From positions 1 to 43,718 of the forward strand of contig CAZQVN010000008.1 in assembly GCA_964596775.1 (NCBI GenBank): 43,718 nucleotides of DNA, in the 5' to 3' direction. Each line of letters starts with the position of its first letter. The stretch's first letter is position 1. A program made the translations under genes and the position numbers. The DNA comes from an uncultured bacterium. GTDB taxonomy: Bacteria > Eisenbacteria > RBG-16-71-46 > JABDJR01 > JAWXBZ01. Below the pieces are notes generated by a model. The model was not told where the DNA came from. It saw only the letters and a program-made list of their open reading frames with translations, and made no database searches. Positions 7,647-15,482 of the stretch are shown here, in pieces.

Positions 7647-9723
7647 GCGTAACTTGCCTTCCTTCCGGGGACTTCACTCTTGCGATCGATGTCAGGATCC
7701 GGGCCCTGGCCTCAGGGGTGTCCGGAGCCAGCTCAAGCGCACGATTATACGCGTTCAGGGCCGCAGGATAGTCACCGAGTTTCTCGGCGACAACCCCGGC
7801 ATTGAAGTGATGGGAAAAATAGTCGGGAGCGTGGCGGATCGCTTCCGCAAAGTGTCGCGCCGAGTCGTTGAGCCTTCCTTGTGAACCATCGATGCTTCCC
7901 AGGCCCGCCCACGCGGCGGCCAGGTCCGGTTTCAGGCGGACCGCGCCTTCAAACGCAGTCCGGGCGGCGAGCGTGTCCCCCATGGCCAGATGGTTCAAGC
8001 CCTTGCGGTAGTCGATGGCCCCGGCCCATCCGGTCCGGGCGCCGGGAACGTTCTCCTCGAGACGTGCGATCGTGGCCAGAGCGTCCCCGGGGAGCCCGAG
8101 ATTGCGCTGCAGTTCTTCGAGATTGAACCATGCTTCCGGAAGACGGGGATCCGCGGTGATGGCCCGGCGAAAGTGGTCCTCCGCCTCGCGGGTGTTCTTC
8201 TGGAGGAGCGCCACGCGACCGAGGTTGTTGAGCGCGTCGGCGGAGGCCGGGGAAATGGCCACGGCCCTTTCGAACTCCTGGCGGGCCGCACCCAGTTCAC
8301 TGCGCTGATAGTAGAGCGTGCCGGCAAGGTTGTGCATGTGGGCCAGCGCGGGAGACGTGTCCATGAGCGGAAAGGCTCCCAGGAACAGGAACGCGATCAT
8401 GACCAGTGAACCGGCCAGCATTCGTCCTGGTTCCCGCCTCCGCGCCGTTTCGATCAGGACCGCCAGCCCGTTGCCCGCGAGCGGCAACATCACCGCGATG
8501 ACGGGAAGGCGGTAGCGGTCCGTGACAAAGAACAGGATGACCGAGGCGGCGTAGGCGGCTCCGACAACAAGAAGCAGTCGCCCCTCGGAGCTTTTTCGCA
8601 GGGTCAGGGCACCCCAGACCGCAAGCGGCATGAGCAGGAAGAATCCGGGGAGGAGGCGCAGGATGGGGACGCGGGCCTGAAAGTAGCGGATATCGTAGTG
8701 GTTCGGGAGTTCCGTGCCGCTCAGGAAGAGGAGCATCTTGCGGGCCAGGAGCCCGAACTGCTGGAGCGGATCCGCGCCCCACGCCGCAAACCCGCGGCGG
8801 AACCAGTAGCCGGATGCCGCCGACGGACCCGCGGGCGTTCCGAGCGCCCGGGACGCCGCTTCCATGGAACTCATCGACAGCCCGTCGGAGCGGTTCAGCA
8901 GGGGCTCGGCCGCCGGAAGGGAAAACGAGCCGTCCGCTTCCGGGTTGTTTCCGATGAAGAAATTGATGCCGCCGTTCGAGGACACGAGGATCCACTCTCC
9001 CGTCTGGGCGTGATTGCGCACGGTGACCGGCGCGAGAACGACGACCAGTCCCACGGCGAACAGCCCGAGTGCCGATCGGGCCGACCTGTCCCCCGGACGA
9101 AGGGCCGCAGCGGCGAGGACGGCAGCCACGACGGCGGGGACAAGGAGCACGTTCGGCTGCGCCAGCCCGGACAGCGCGAACGCGGCTCCGGCGAGCAGGG
9201 CGTGAACGCGGTCGCCCCCCGACTTCAGGAGAACGATTTCCCGCGTGGCGAGATGGAGAAAGAGCAGTGCCCAGGTGATGGAAAGGAGTTCGCCTTCGAA
9301 GAAGATCGCCGGAGCGTAAAGAGCGGCAAACAGTCCTGCCCAGAATCCGGCACGGCCCCCGGCGATCCGTGCGGTCGTGTCCCGCACGATGAGAACGCCG
9401 AGAATGCCGGCCCCGAACTGCAGCAGCCGGGGAAGCAGGAGCCCGGCTCCGTCACCGGCCGTGAGCGCGAGATACCAGGGGTAGAAGGGGGCCTGGAAGT
9501 AGGGCTCGCCAAGCGGCGCCCACAAGCCCTGGGCCCGGACGGCTCCGGCGAGAGTGAGGTACTGGGCCGCGTCACCGGTGGCCTCGTTGAACAGCAGGAG
9601 GTTCCGGGCCTGGAAAAAGTACAGGAGCCTGGCGACGGCGGCGGTCAGAACCAGGACCAGGACGCCGGCCGGACCTTCGAGTCGGCCCGGTCGCCCGGCC
9701 GTTTCAGTGTCGGTTGAGTTCAA
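7639..9723 (-). CDS. Polytopic GT-C-fold membrane protein with C-terminal TPR repeats (paralog of 5529-7646 and 22427-24580)
   Basis: TTG start. It shares the motifs YFQAPFYPWYLAL and NGGINFFIGNN with the 22427-24580 product, and it carries five or more C-terminal TPRs. It is the first gene of a two-gene operon with 5529-7646. Confidence 0.7.
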   Translation of the reverse strand: MNSTDTETAGRPGRLEGPAGVLVLVLTAAVARLLYFFQARNLLLFNEATGDAAQYLTLAGAVRAQGLWAPLGEPYFQAPFYPWYLALTAGDGAGLLLPRLLQFGAGILGVLIVRDTTARIAGGRAGFWAGLFAALYAPAIFFEGELLSITWALLFLHLATREIVLLKSGGDRVHALLAGAAFALSGLAQPNVLLVPAVVAAVLAAAALRPGDRSARSALGLFAVGLVVVLAPVTVRNHAQTGEWILVSSNGGINFFIGNNPEADGSFSLPAAEPLLNRSDGLSMSSMEAASRALGTPAGPSAASGYWFRRGFAAWGADPLQQFGLLARKMLLFLSGTELPNHYDIRYFQARVPILRLLPGFFLLMPLAVWGALTLRKSSEGRLLLVVGAAYAASVILFFVTDRYRLPVIAVMLPLAGNGLAVLIETARRREPGRMLAGSLVMIAFLFLGAFPLMDTSPALAHMHNLAGTLYYQRSELGAARQEFERAVAISPASADALNNLGRVALLQKNTREAEDHFRRAITADPRLPEAWFNLEELQRNLGLPGDALATIARLEENVPGARTGWAGAIDYRKGLNHLAMGDTLAARTAFEGAVRLKPDLAAAWAGLGSIDGSQGRLNDSARHFAEAIRHAPDYFSHHFNAGVVAEKLGDYPAALNAYNRALELAPDTPEARARILTSIARVKSPEGRQVTHD

Positions 9724-9766
9724 ACGCGTTTCCCGTCCGGCTTGAGCCTGCGATCAAGAGCGGAAA

Positions 9767-9796
9767 AGTATAGGAACGCCCTCGGAGGCCTGTCAA
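9767..9796 (-). promoter_or_regulatory. Sigma70 promoter for the GT-C/TPR operon (-35 TTGACA, 18-nt spacer, -10 TATACT)
   Basis: TTGACA is the reverse complement of 9791-9796 and TATACT the reverse complement of 9767-9772. It is arranged divergently from the xdhC promoter. Confidence 0.5.
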
Positions 9797-9808
9797 CGGA
9801 GCACGCCT

Positions 9809-9838
9809 TTGACACATGTCGGAGGGGATCCCTAGACT
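9809..9838 (+). promoter_or_regulatory. Sigma70 promoter for xdhC-like operon (-35 TTGACA, 18-nt spacer, -10 TAGACT)
   Basis: TTGACA lies at 9809-9814 and TAGACT at 9833-9838. Confidence 0.5.
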
Positions 9839-9955
9839 GTGCGGTGTCCTCGATGCGTTGCGGCCGGCCGGGCGCCGGGCATCGAGGCGAAGCCGCCCCA
9901 CCGAGCGGGCGCTGCGGAAGGCCGCAGCGCGTCGGCCTCCCCGGGAGATCAGCGG

Positions 9956-10750
9956 ATGTCCGGTTTCTATCAGAAAGTGCTGTCGCTCCTCGATGCGGGG
10001 CATTCCATCGCGGTGGCGACGCTCGTCGAGACGAAAGGATCCACGCCCCAGGTGCAGGGTGGAAAGATGATCATCACCGGCGACGGCGAGATCTTCTTCT
10101 CCATCGGCGGCGGAGCCCTGGAGGCTTCCGTCATCGCCGAGGCAAAGGTGTGCCTGGCGGAAGGGCGCCGCGCCCTGAAGACGTACGCGCTGCACGACGT
10201 CGGCGACGATGCCCTGGGGATGGCCTGCGGCGGGAAGGCCACCGTGTTCATCGAACCGTTGCGCGCTCCCGACCGGCTTCTCGTGTTCGGCGCCGGACAT
10301 GTCGGCCGCGCGCTGTGCCGGCTCGCGGAAACGCTCGGGTTCGGGATCGACGTCGTGGACGACCGCCCGGACATGCTGGACCCGACGCACTTTCCGGACG
10401 GAACCCGCTTTCATCTCACCGACCGCCGTTTCCGCGACAACCTCCCGCCTTTCGGCACGGATGCGCATGTCGTGCTCGTGACGCGCTGTCACGAAACGGA
10501 CGAGGCGGCGCTCGAGTCCGTGATCGCGCTGCCCGCCGCCTACATGGGCATGATCGGAAGCCGGCGGAAGGTGAGGGTCGTGTTCGAGAACCTGGAGAAG
10601 GCGGGGATTCCGCGGGAGGCCATGGCCCGGGTCCGTGCGCCGATCGGCATTCCGATCGGCTCGCACATGCCCGAGGAGGTGGCCCTGTCGATCATGGCCG
10701 AGATCGTGGCCGTCCGCAATCGTGTTCCGGCGGAACGGCAGGCGCCGTGA
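9956..10750 (+). CDS. xdhC: XdhC/CoxI-family molybdenum-enzyme maturation factor
   Basis: The N-terminal XdhC_CoxI-like region (LLDAGHSIAVATLVETKGSTPQ...GGGALE) is followed by a Rossmann-like half (LLVFGAGHVGRALCRLA). The ATG at 9956 has a GGGAGA SD upstream. The longer upstream ORFs (9742 and 9839) are GC-rich extensions without an SD. Confidence 0.8.
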   Translation: MSGFYQKVLSLLDAGHSIAVATLVETKGSTPQVQGGKMIITGDGEIFFSIGGGALEASVIAEAKVCLAEGRRALKTYALHDVGDDALGMACGGKATVFIEPLRAPDRLLVFGAGHVGRALCRLAETLGFGIDVVDDRPDMLDPTHFPDGTRFHLTDRRFRDNLPPFGTDAHVVLVTRCHETDEAALESVIALPAAYMGMIGSRRKVRVVFENLEKAGIPREAMARVRAPIGIPIGSHMPEEVALSIMAEIVAVRNRVPAERQAP

Positions 10751-11565
10751 GAAACGACCTGGTCCTGGTCCGCGGCGGCGGGCGCCTGGGCACCGCGGTG
10801 GCTCACCGTCTGCGGCTGTGCGGTTTTCCGGTCATCATGACGGAAGCGGCGCGCCCGACCCTTCTGCATCGACGGGCCTGCTTCGGTTCCGTGATCTACG
10901 AGACGGACATCATGGTGGAGGACGTCCCGGCGCGGCGCTGCTCGAACTTCGAGAGCCTGAGCCAGATTCTCGAGGCGGGAGTCATTCCCGTGCTCGTGGA
11001 TCCCGCGGCGCTGGTACGGGAGTCGGCCACCCCCTGGGTCCTCGTGGATGCGATCGGACTCGAACGCAACGTGGGAACGCGGATCACCGACGCCCCGATC
11101 GTGATCGGCGTGGGGCCCGGCTTTGCAGCCGGCATGGATGTGCATGCGGTGGTGGAATCGCGCGACGGCAACGGTCTCGGCACGTTCACGGTGACGGGGA
11201 AGCTCGACGACCCGGTGCCGGGCCCGTGGTCGCCGGACCTCGACGGGATCGTGTTGTCCGGCGGTGTCGGACGTTTTGAAAGTCTTACGGAACCGGGGCG
11301 GTTCGTCGGGGAGGGAGATGAGATCGGCCGTGTCGGCGGGCAGCCCGTGACCGCGCCGCGGACGGGCCTCGTCACCGGAATCCTCATGGACGGGCTGTTC
11401 GTCGGGCAGGGGGTGCGGCTTGCCGACGTGGATGCGAGGACCGACCCCCGGATCGTGACGAGCCTGGACCCGAGAGCCCGCGCTGTGGCGGGCGGAGTTC
11501 TCGAAGCCATTCTCTACGTGGCGGCCATCGGGAAGTCGGAGGGGCAGGGGCTTTCCCGTTCCTGA
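10747..11565 (+). CDS. YqeB C-terminal-domain-like protein (EF2563 / selenium-dependent molybdenum hydroxylase accessory family), translationally coupled to xdhC
   Basis: GTG overlaps the xdhC stop (GTGA). The N-terminus LVLVRGGGRLGTAVAHRL is Rossmann-like. Assignment to the YqeB family rests on my recollection of the family and on adjacency to xdhC; no search was run. Confidence 0.45.
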   Translation: MRNDLVLVRGGGRLGTAVAHRLRLCGFPVIMTEAARPTLLHRRACFGSVIYETDIMVEDVPARRCSNFESLSQILEAGVIPVLVDPAALVRESATPWVLVDAIGLERNVGTRITDAPIVIGVGPGFAAGMDVHAVVESRDGNGLGTFTVTGKLDDPVPGPWSPDLDGIVLSGGVGRFESLTEPGRFVGEGDEIGRVGGQPVTAPRTGLVTGILMDGLFVGQGVRLADVDARTDPRIVTSLDPRARAVAGGVLEAILYVAAIGKSEGQGLSRS

Positions 11566-11652
11566 TGGGTTCCCGGCAGGGCATCCCGATTCCGTTCATG
11601 TGGCCGGTATTGCCCCCTCGGAGTCCAGGATGAGTTTGCGTCCCGGAGTCGA

Positions 11653-11671
11653 GTTGATTAAACTGGTCAAC
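11653..11671. promoter_or_regulatory. Imperfect palindrome GTTGATTAAACTGGTCAAC, a candidate Rrf2 operator in its own promoter region
   Basis: The GTTGA-N9-TCAAC inverted repeat lies 27 nt upstream of the Rrf2 ATG and overlaps TTGATT and -10-like hexamers. Confidence 0.35.
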
Positions 11672-11697
11672 AATATCAACTTTCGAAACGAGACCCC

Positions 11698-12141
11698 ATG
11701 AGATTGACTTCACGGATCGACTACGGACTTCGGGCCATGATGGACCTGGCCCTGAACTACGGCTCCGCGGTGATCCAGAATCACGACATCTCCCGCCGGC
11801 AGAGAATCCCGGAACAGTATCTCAAGCAGATTCTTCCCTCGCTGCGTCGCCGGAGCCTGGTGCTGAGCACCCGGGGGCCGCTGGGAGGTCATCGGCTTTC
11901 GCGGCCGCCGTCCGAAATTTCCGTGGCCGAAATCATCGAGGCCCTCGATGGAGGGATGAACCTCCTGGAAATGGGAGGAGACGGGAAAGGCGAGGCGCCC
12001 GCGGCGGAGTCGGGAAGGATTCTCGCGGAATTCTGGAACGAGCTTCGGGTGGAGGTCGACCGGTTCCTGAAGGACACGTCGCTGGAAGATCTCTGCCGTC
12101 GCAAGCGGCGCCATGACCGGTCTTTCATCTATCATATCTGA
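11698..12141 (+). CDS. Rrf2-family transcriptional regulator (CymR/IscR-like, no obvious Fe-S cysteine triad)
   Basis: N-terminal wHTH signature MRLTSRIDYGLRAMMDLALNYG...ISRRQRIPEQYLKQIL. It lies directly upstream of cysK, as in cymR-cysK arrangements. Confidence 0.85.
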   Translation: MRLTSRIDYGLRAMMDLALNYGSAVIQNHDISRRQRIPEQYLKQILPSLRRRSLVLSTRGPLGGHRLSRPPSEISVAEIIEALDGGMNLLEMGGDGKGEAPAAESGRILAEFWNELRVEVDRFLKDTSLEDLCRRKRRHDRSFIYHI

Positions 12142-12156
12142 AGGACGCGAGGCAGC

Positions 12157-13083
12157 ATGGCGCCGATCTACGACAGCCTGACCGATCTGATCGGCCGGAC
12201 CCCGCTCGTGAGGCTGGCCCGTGTTTCCAGGGCTTGCGGCGCCGAGGTCGTGGTGAAGCTCGAGTCGATGAACCCGATGTCGAGCGTCAAGGACCGGATC
12301 GGCTGGGCGATGATCGAGGCGGCCGAGAAGTCGGGACGGCTCGGTCCGGACTCCGTCATCGTGGAGCCGACGAGCGGCAATACCGGCGTTGCGCTCGCGT
12401 TCGTGGCGGCCGCGCGCGGGTACCGGGTCATCCTGACGATGCCGGACACGATGAGCATGGAGCGCGTAAGGCTGCTCAGGGCACTCGGCGCAGAGGTCGT
12501 GCTGACGGCGGGGGAGAACGGGATGCAGGAGGCGGTGACCAGGGCCATGGAGATCGCGGCCCGGACACCGGGTTCCTTCGTTCCGATGCAGTTCGAGAAT
12601 CCGGCCAACCCCGACGCGCACCGGCGGGGAACGGCCGAGGAAATCTGGTCGGACACGGAAGGGCGCATCGACGTCTTCGTCGCGGGAGTGGGCACGGGAG
12701 GGACGATCACCGGGGTCGGCGAGGTGCTCAAGGAAAGGAATCCGGCGCTGAAGATCGTGGCGATCGAGCCCGCGGAGTCAACGGTGCTGGCGGGGGGATC
12801 CGCCGGCCCGCACGATATCCAGGGGATCGGCGCCGGCTTCGTGCCGCCGGTCCTGAACCGGGAGCTGATCGACGAACTTGTTTCGGTGACAAGGGAAGAG
12901 GCCTACTCCATGGCGCGGCGTCTTGCCCGCGAGGAGGGGCTGCTGGTGGGCGTTTCCTCGGGCGCGAGCGTCCACGTGGCGGTCAAGCTGGGGCAGCGTC
13001 CCGAACTCGAGGGAAAGAGAATCGTGGCCATCCTGGCCAGCCACGGGGAGAGGTACCTGTCGGTGCCGGGCCTCTTTGAATAG
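12157..13083 (+). CDS. cysK: Cysteine synthase A (O-acetylserine sulfhydrylase)
   Basis: 308 aa with the PLP lysine motif [13 protein letters not shown] and a GNTG loop. It shows the typical CysK length and termini. Confidence 0.92.
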   Translation: MAPIYDSLTDLIGRTPLVRLARVSRACGAEVVVKLESMNPMSSVKDRIGWAMIEAAEKSGRLGPDSVIVEPTSGNTGVALAFVAAARGYRVILTMPDTMSMERVRLLRALGAEVVLTAGENGMQEAVTRAMEIAARTPGSFVPMQFENPANPDAHRRGTAEEIWSDTEGRIDVFVAGVGTGGTITGVGEVLKERNPALKIVAIEPAESTVLAGGSAGPHDIQGIGAGFVPPVLNRELIDELVSVTREEAYSMARRLAREEGLLVGVSSGASVHVAVKLGQRPELEGKRIVAILASHGERYLSVPGLFE

Positions 13084-13086
13084 AGG

Positions 13087-13929
13087 ATGACGATGAACGG
13101 AAAGGCGGAAGACGTGAGCGGAATGGAGACGGCCGGGCTCGAGGCCGGAGAGCGTAGACTGAACGCGATTCTCGACGAGATGGGATCCGTGCTCGTGGCG
13201 TATTCCGGCGGGGTTGATTCCGCGTATCTCCTGAAAGCGGCGCACGACCGGCTCGGAGACCGGGCCGTGGGACTGATCGCGGTGTCCCCCTCGCTGCCGA
13301 AAGCGGAACTCGAGGATGCGCTGGCCGTGGCCGAGGCGATCGGCTGCCGTCTCGAGCGCGCCGAGGCCTACGAGCACATGAACCCGGACTACGTGGCGAA
13401 CAATCCGAACCGCTGCTACTTCTGCAAGATGGAGCTGTTCGATGTCTGCGCTCCGGTGGCGGATCGCCTGGGCATCGATCACATTGCCTACGGCGCGAAC
13501 ACCGACGATCTCGGGGACTTCCGGCCGGGGATGCAGGCCGCCAGGGAGAGAAAGGTGCGCGCACCCCTGCTGGAAGCAGGCCTGGGCAAGGAGGCGATCC
13601 GCTCTCTCTCGAGGAGAGCCGGCCTGTCGACCTGGGACAAACCGGCGTTTGCCTGCCTTGCTTCGCGCATACCCCACGGCACGCCGGTGACGACGGACAA
13701 GTTGCTGCGCGTCGAGAAGGCTGAGAATTTCCTTCGGGACCGGGGGTTTCGCCAGTTCCGGGTCCGGGACCTCGGCGGAACGGCGCGGGTGGAGGTTCTC
13801 CCGGAGGACATTGCGAAACTGCGGGCGCAGCCGCTCGCCACGGATCTCGAAGCGGAACTTCGCAACCTGGGATTCGACGCGGTGCATGTCGATCCCGAGG
13901 GGTATCGCCAGGGAAAGCTGCACTCCTGA
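13087..13929 (+). CDS. larE: LarE-family PP-loop ATP-dependent sulfur transferase
   Basis: PP-loop SGGVDS, the conserved CYFCK motif, and the overall TIGR00268-like layout. The start may instead be the second ATG at 13093. Confidence 0.75.
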   Translation: MTMNGKAEDVSGMETAGLEAGERRLNAILDEMGSVLVAYSGGVDSAYLLKAAHDRLGDRAVGLIAVSPSLPKAELEDALAVAEAIGCRLERAEAYEHMNPDYVANNPNRCYFCKMELFDVCAPVADRLGIDHIAYGANTDDLGDFRPGMQAARERKVRAPLLEAGLGKEAIRSLSRRAGLSTWDKPAFACLASRIPHGTPVTTDKLLRVEKAENFLRDRGFRQFRVRDLGGTARVEVLPEDIAKLRAQPLATDLEAELRNLGFDAVHVDPEGYRQGKLHS

Positions 13930-13970
13930 TCCTGCACCGGGTGATGCCCGGCGCGACTGAAGAGGTGGGG

Positions 13971-15482
13971 ATGGTCACGTCGCTGAAAATGTTTCGGAAC
14001 ATCACGCTGGTCCTGGACGGCCCCGATGCCGGATCCGCCCGTACGGCCATGATGGGAGCGCCGGACGGGGTGGATGCGTTCGAACTCCGCATCGACCTTC
14101 TCGGCAAGGATGACCGGACCGTCGAAACGGTGACGTCGCTGGTGCGCAACGCGCCCGCACCGGTGGTTGTTACCTGCCGGGCGGAGTCCGAGGGGGGGGC
14201 GTGGACATCCGGGGACTCCGATCGCGAAGCCCTGCTCAAGGCGGGACTGGACGCGGGCGCCGCGCTCGTGGACATCGAATCGAGCTGGGTCGAACGGGAC
14301 CGCGACCTGCCGGCCCGATTCCCGGAATCCCGGGTCATGGTGTCCCATCACGACTGGGACGGAATGCCGAAGGATGCCGGCGACCTGCTGACCCGGCTCG
14401 CCGCCGTTCCCGCGCGGGCCGTGAAACTCGTGGTCCGGGCCAGGAATTTTTCCGACCTGATGTGGCTGGATGCCGCCGCCACCCAGCTCCAGCGCATCGG
14501 CCGTCACGCGGCCTGTTTTGCGGTCGGCCCTTTTGCGCGCACGAGCCGGATACTTTCCGGCCTGGCCGGAGCGCACCTGATCTACGTCCGCGGCGGCTCG
14601 GACTCGCCTGCGTCGCCGGACCTCCTTTCGCTCGACGAGGCCGTGAACCTCTACCGGCTCGGGGATCTGCCCGATCCCGTCAAGGTTCTCGGCGTCCTCG
14701 GTCATCCCGTGCGGCACAGTCTTTCCCCGCTGATGCACAACCGGGTCATCCGCACCCTCGGGGAGCGGTACATCTACGTGCCGTTCGACAGTCCCGATCC
14801 GGAGCCCGTCATCGAGTACGCCCGGACCCATGACGTGCGCGGGCTCTCGGTGACGATCCCGCACAAGGTGGCGGTCATGCCGATGCTCGACGGACTCGAT
14901 GAAACGGCACGGGACGCCGGGGCGGTCAACACGATCGTTCCTCGCGGACGCGCGTTGATCGGCCACAACACGGATCTCATCGCCTGCCGGGTAATCCTCA
15001 GAGAGTGGTCGGCGGGCAAGAAGGACCGGGCCGTTCTCATCGGGGCCGGCGGCGCCGCCCGCTCGGTGGCCCGGGCCCTCAACGAATTCGTGGTGCCCTT
15101 CGTGGTCCTGAACCGCGATGAAGCCAGGGGCAGGCGTCTCGCCGAGGAGTTCGGCGTGAGTTACGGGGGTCCTCCGTCGGCGGCGGCGAAACTCGACGGA
15201 TCGCTGTTCATCAACGCCACCCCCGCCGGATCACGGGACGACGTTCCGGAGCTTCGGATTCCGGCCGTTCGCGGACGATCGTTCCTGGATCTGGCCTACC
15301 AGCGCGGGGACACGCGGCTGATCCGCGAGGCACGCGCCGCCGGGTGCCGCACCGTCGGCGGACTGGATTTCCTGGCCCGGCAGGGAGCCTGCCAGTTTGC
15401 ATTGTGGACCCGGCGCATCGTGAACATTGAGCTCTTCCGCGAAGCCCTCGAGAAGAGCGGCGCCGGCGCCGTGCAGTCGTGA
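13971..15482 (+). CDS. Bifunctional 3-dehydroquinate dehydratase (type I) / shikimate dehydrogenase fusion
   Basis: The N-terminal half matches type I DHQase (FELRIDLL, K-containing TIM barrel). The C-terminal half matches AroE (LGHPVRHSLSPLMHN and a Rossmann GAGGAARS). The ATG at 13971 has a GAGGTG SD; the ORF track extends to a GTG at 13941. Confidence 0.85.
   Translation: MVTSLKMFRNITLVLDGPDAGSARTAMMGAPDGVDAFELRIDLLGKDDRTVETVTSLVRNAPAPVVVTCRAESEGGAWTSGDSDREALLKAGLDAGAALVDIESSWVERDRDLPARFPESRVMVSHHDWDGMPKDAGDLLTRLAAVPARAVKLVVRARNFSDLMWLDAAATQLQRIGRHAACFAVGPFARTSRILSGLAGAHLIYVRGGSDSPASPDLLSLDEAVNLYRLGDLPDPVKVLGVLGHPVRHSLSPLMHNRVIRTLGERYIYVPFDSPDPEPVIEYARTHDVRGLSVTIPHKVAVMPMLDGLDETARDAGAVNTIVPRGRALIGHNTDLIACRVILREWSAGKKDRAVLIGAGGAARSVARALNEFVVPFVVLNRDEARGRRLAEEFGVSYGGPPSAAAKLDGSLFINATPAGSRDDVPELRIPAVRGRSFLDLAYQRGDTRLIREARAAGCRTVGGLDFLARQGACQFALWTRRIVNIELFREALEKSGAGAVQS

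Noticed and set aside
6060-7652. 530-aa plus-strand ORF inside the GT-C/TPR gene 5529-7646
   Set aside because: Antisense shadow ORF with no SD and Arg/Glu-rich low-complexity sequence.
9704-11565. 320-aa minus-strand ORF and the 5' part (9742-10746) of the 607-aa plus-strand ORF overlapping xdhC
   Set aside because: xdhC reads cleanly in frame 2 from the ATG at 9956 with an SD. The frame-1 ORF only becomes protein-like after the GTG at 10747, so it was annotated as a separate downstream gene.
12234-14966. Plus-strand 281-aa and minus-strand 381-, 451- and 492-aa ORFs overlapping cysK, larE and aroDE
   Set aside because: Out-of-frame or antisense shadows. The real genes carry PLP, PP-loop and AroE signatures.
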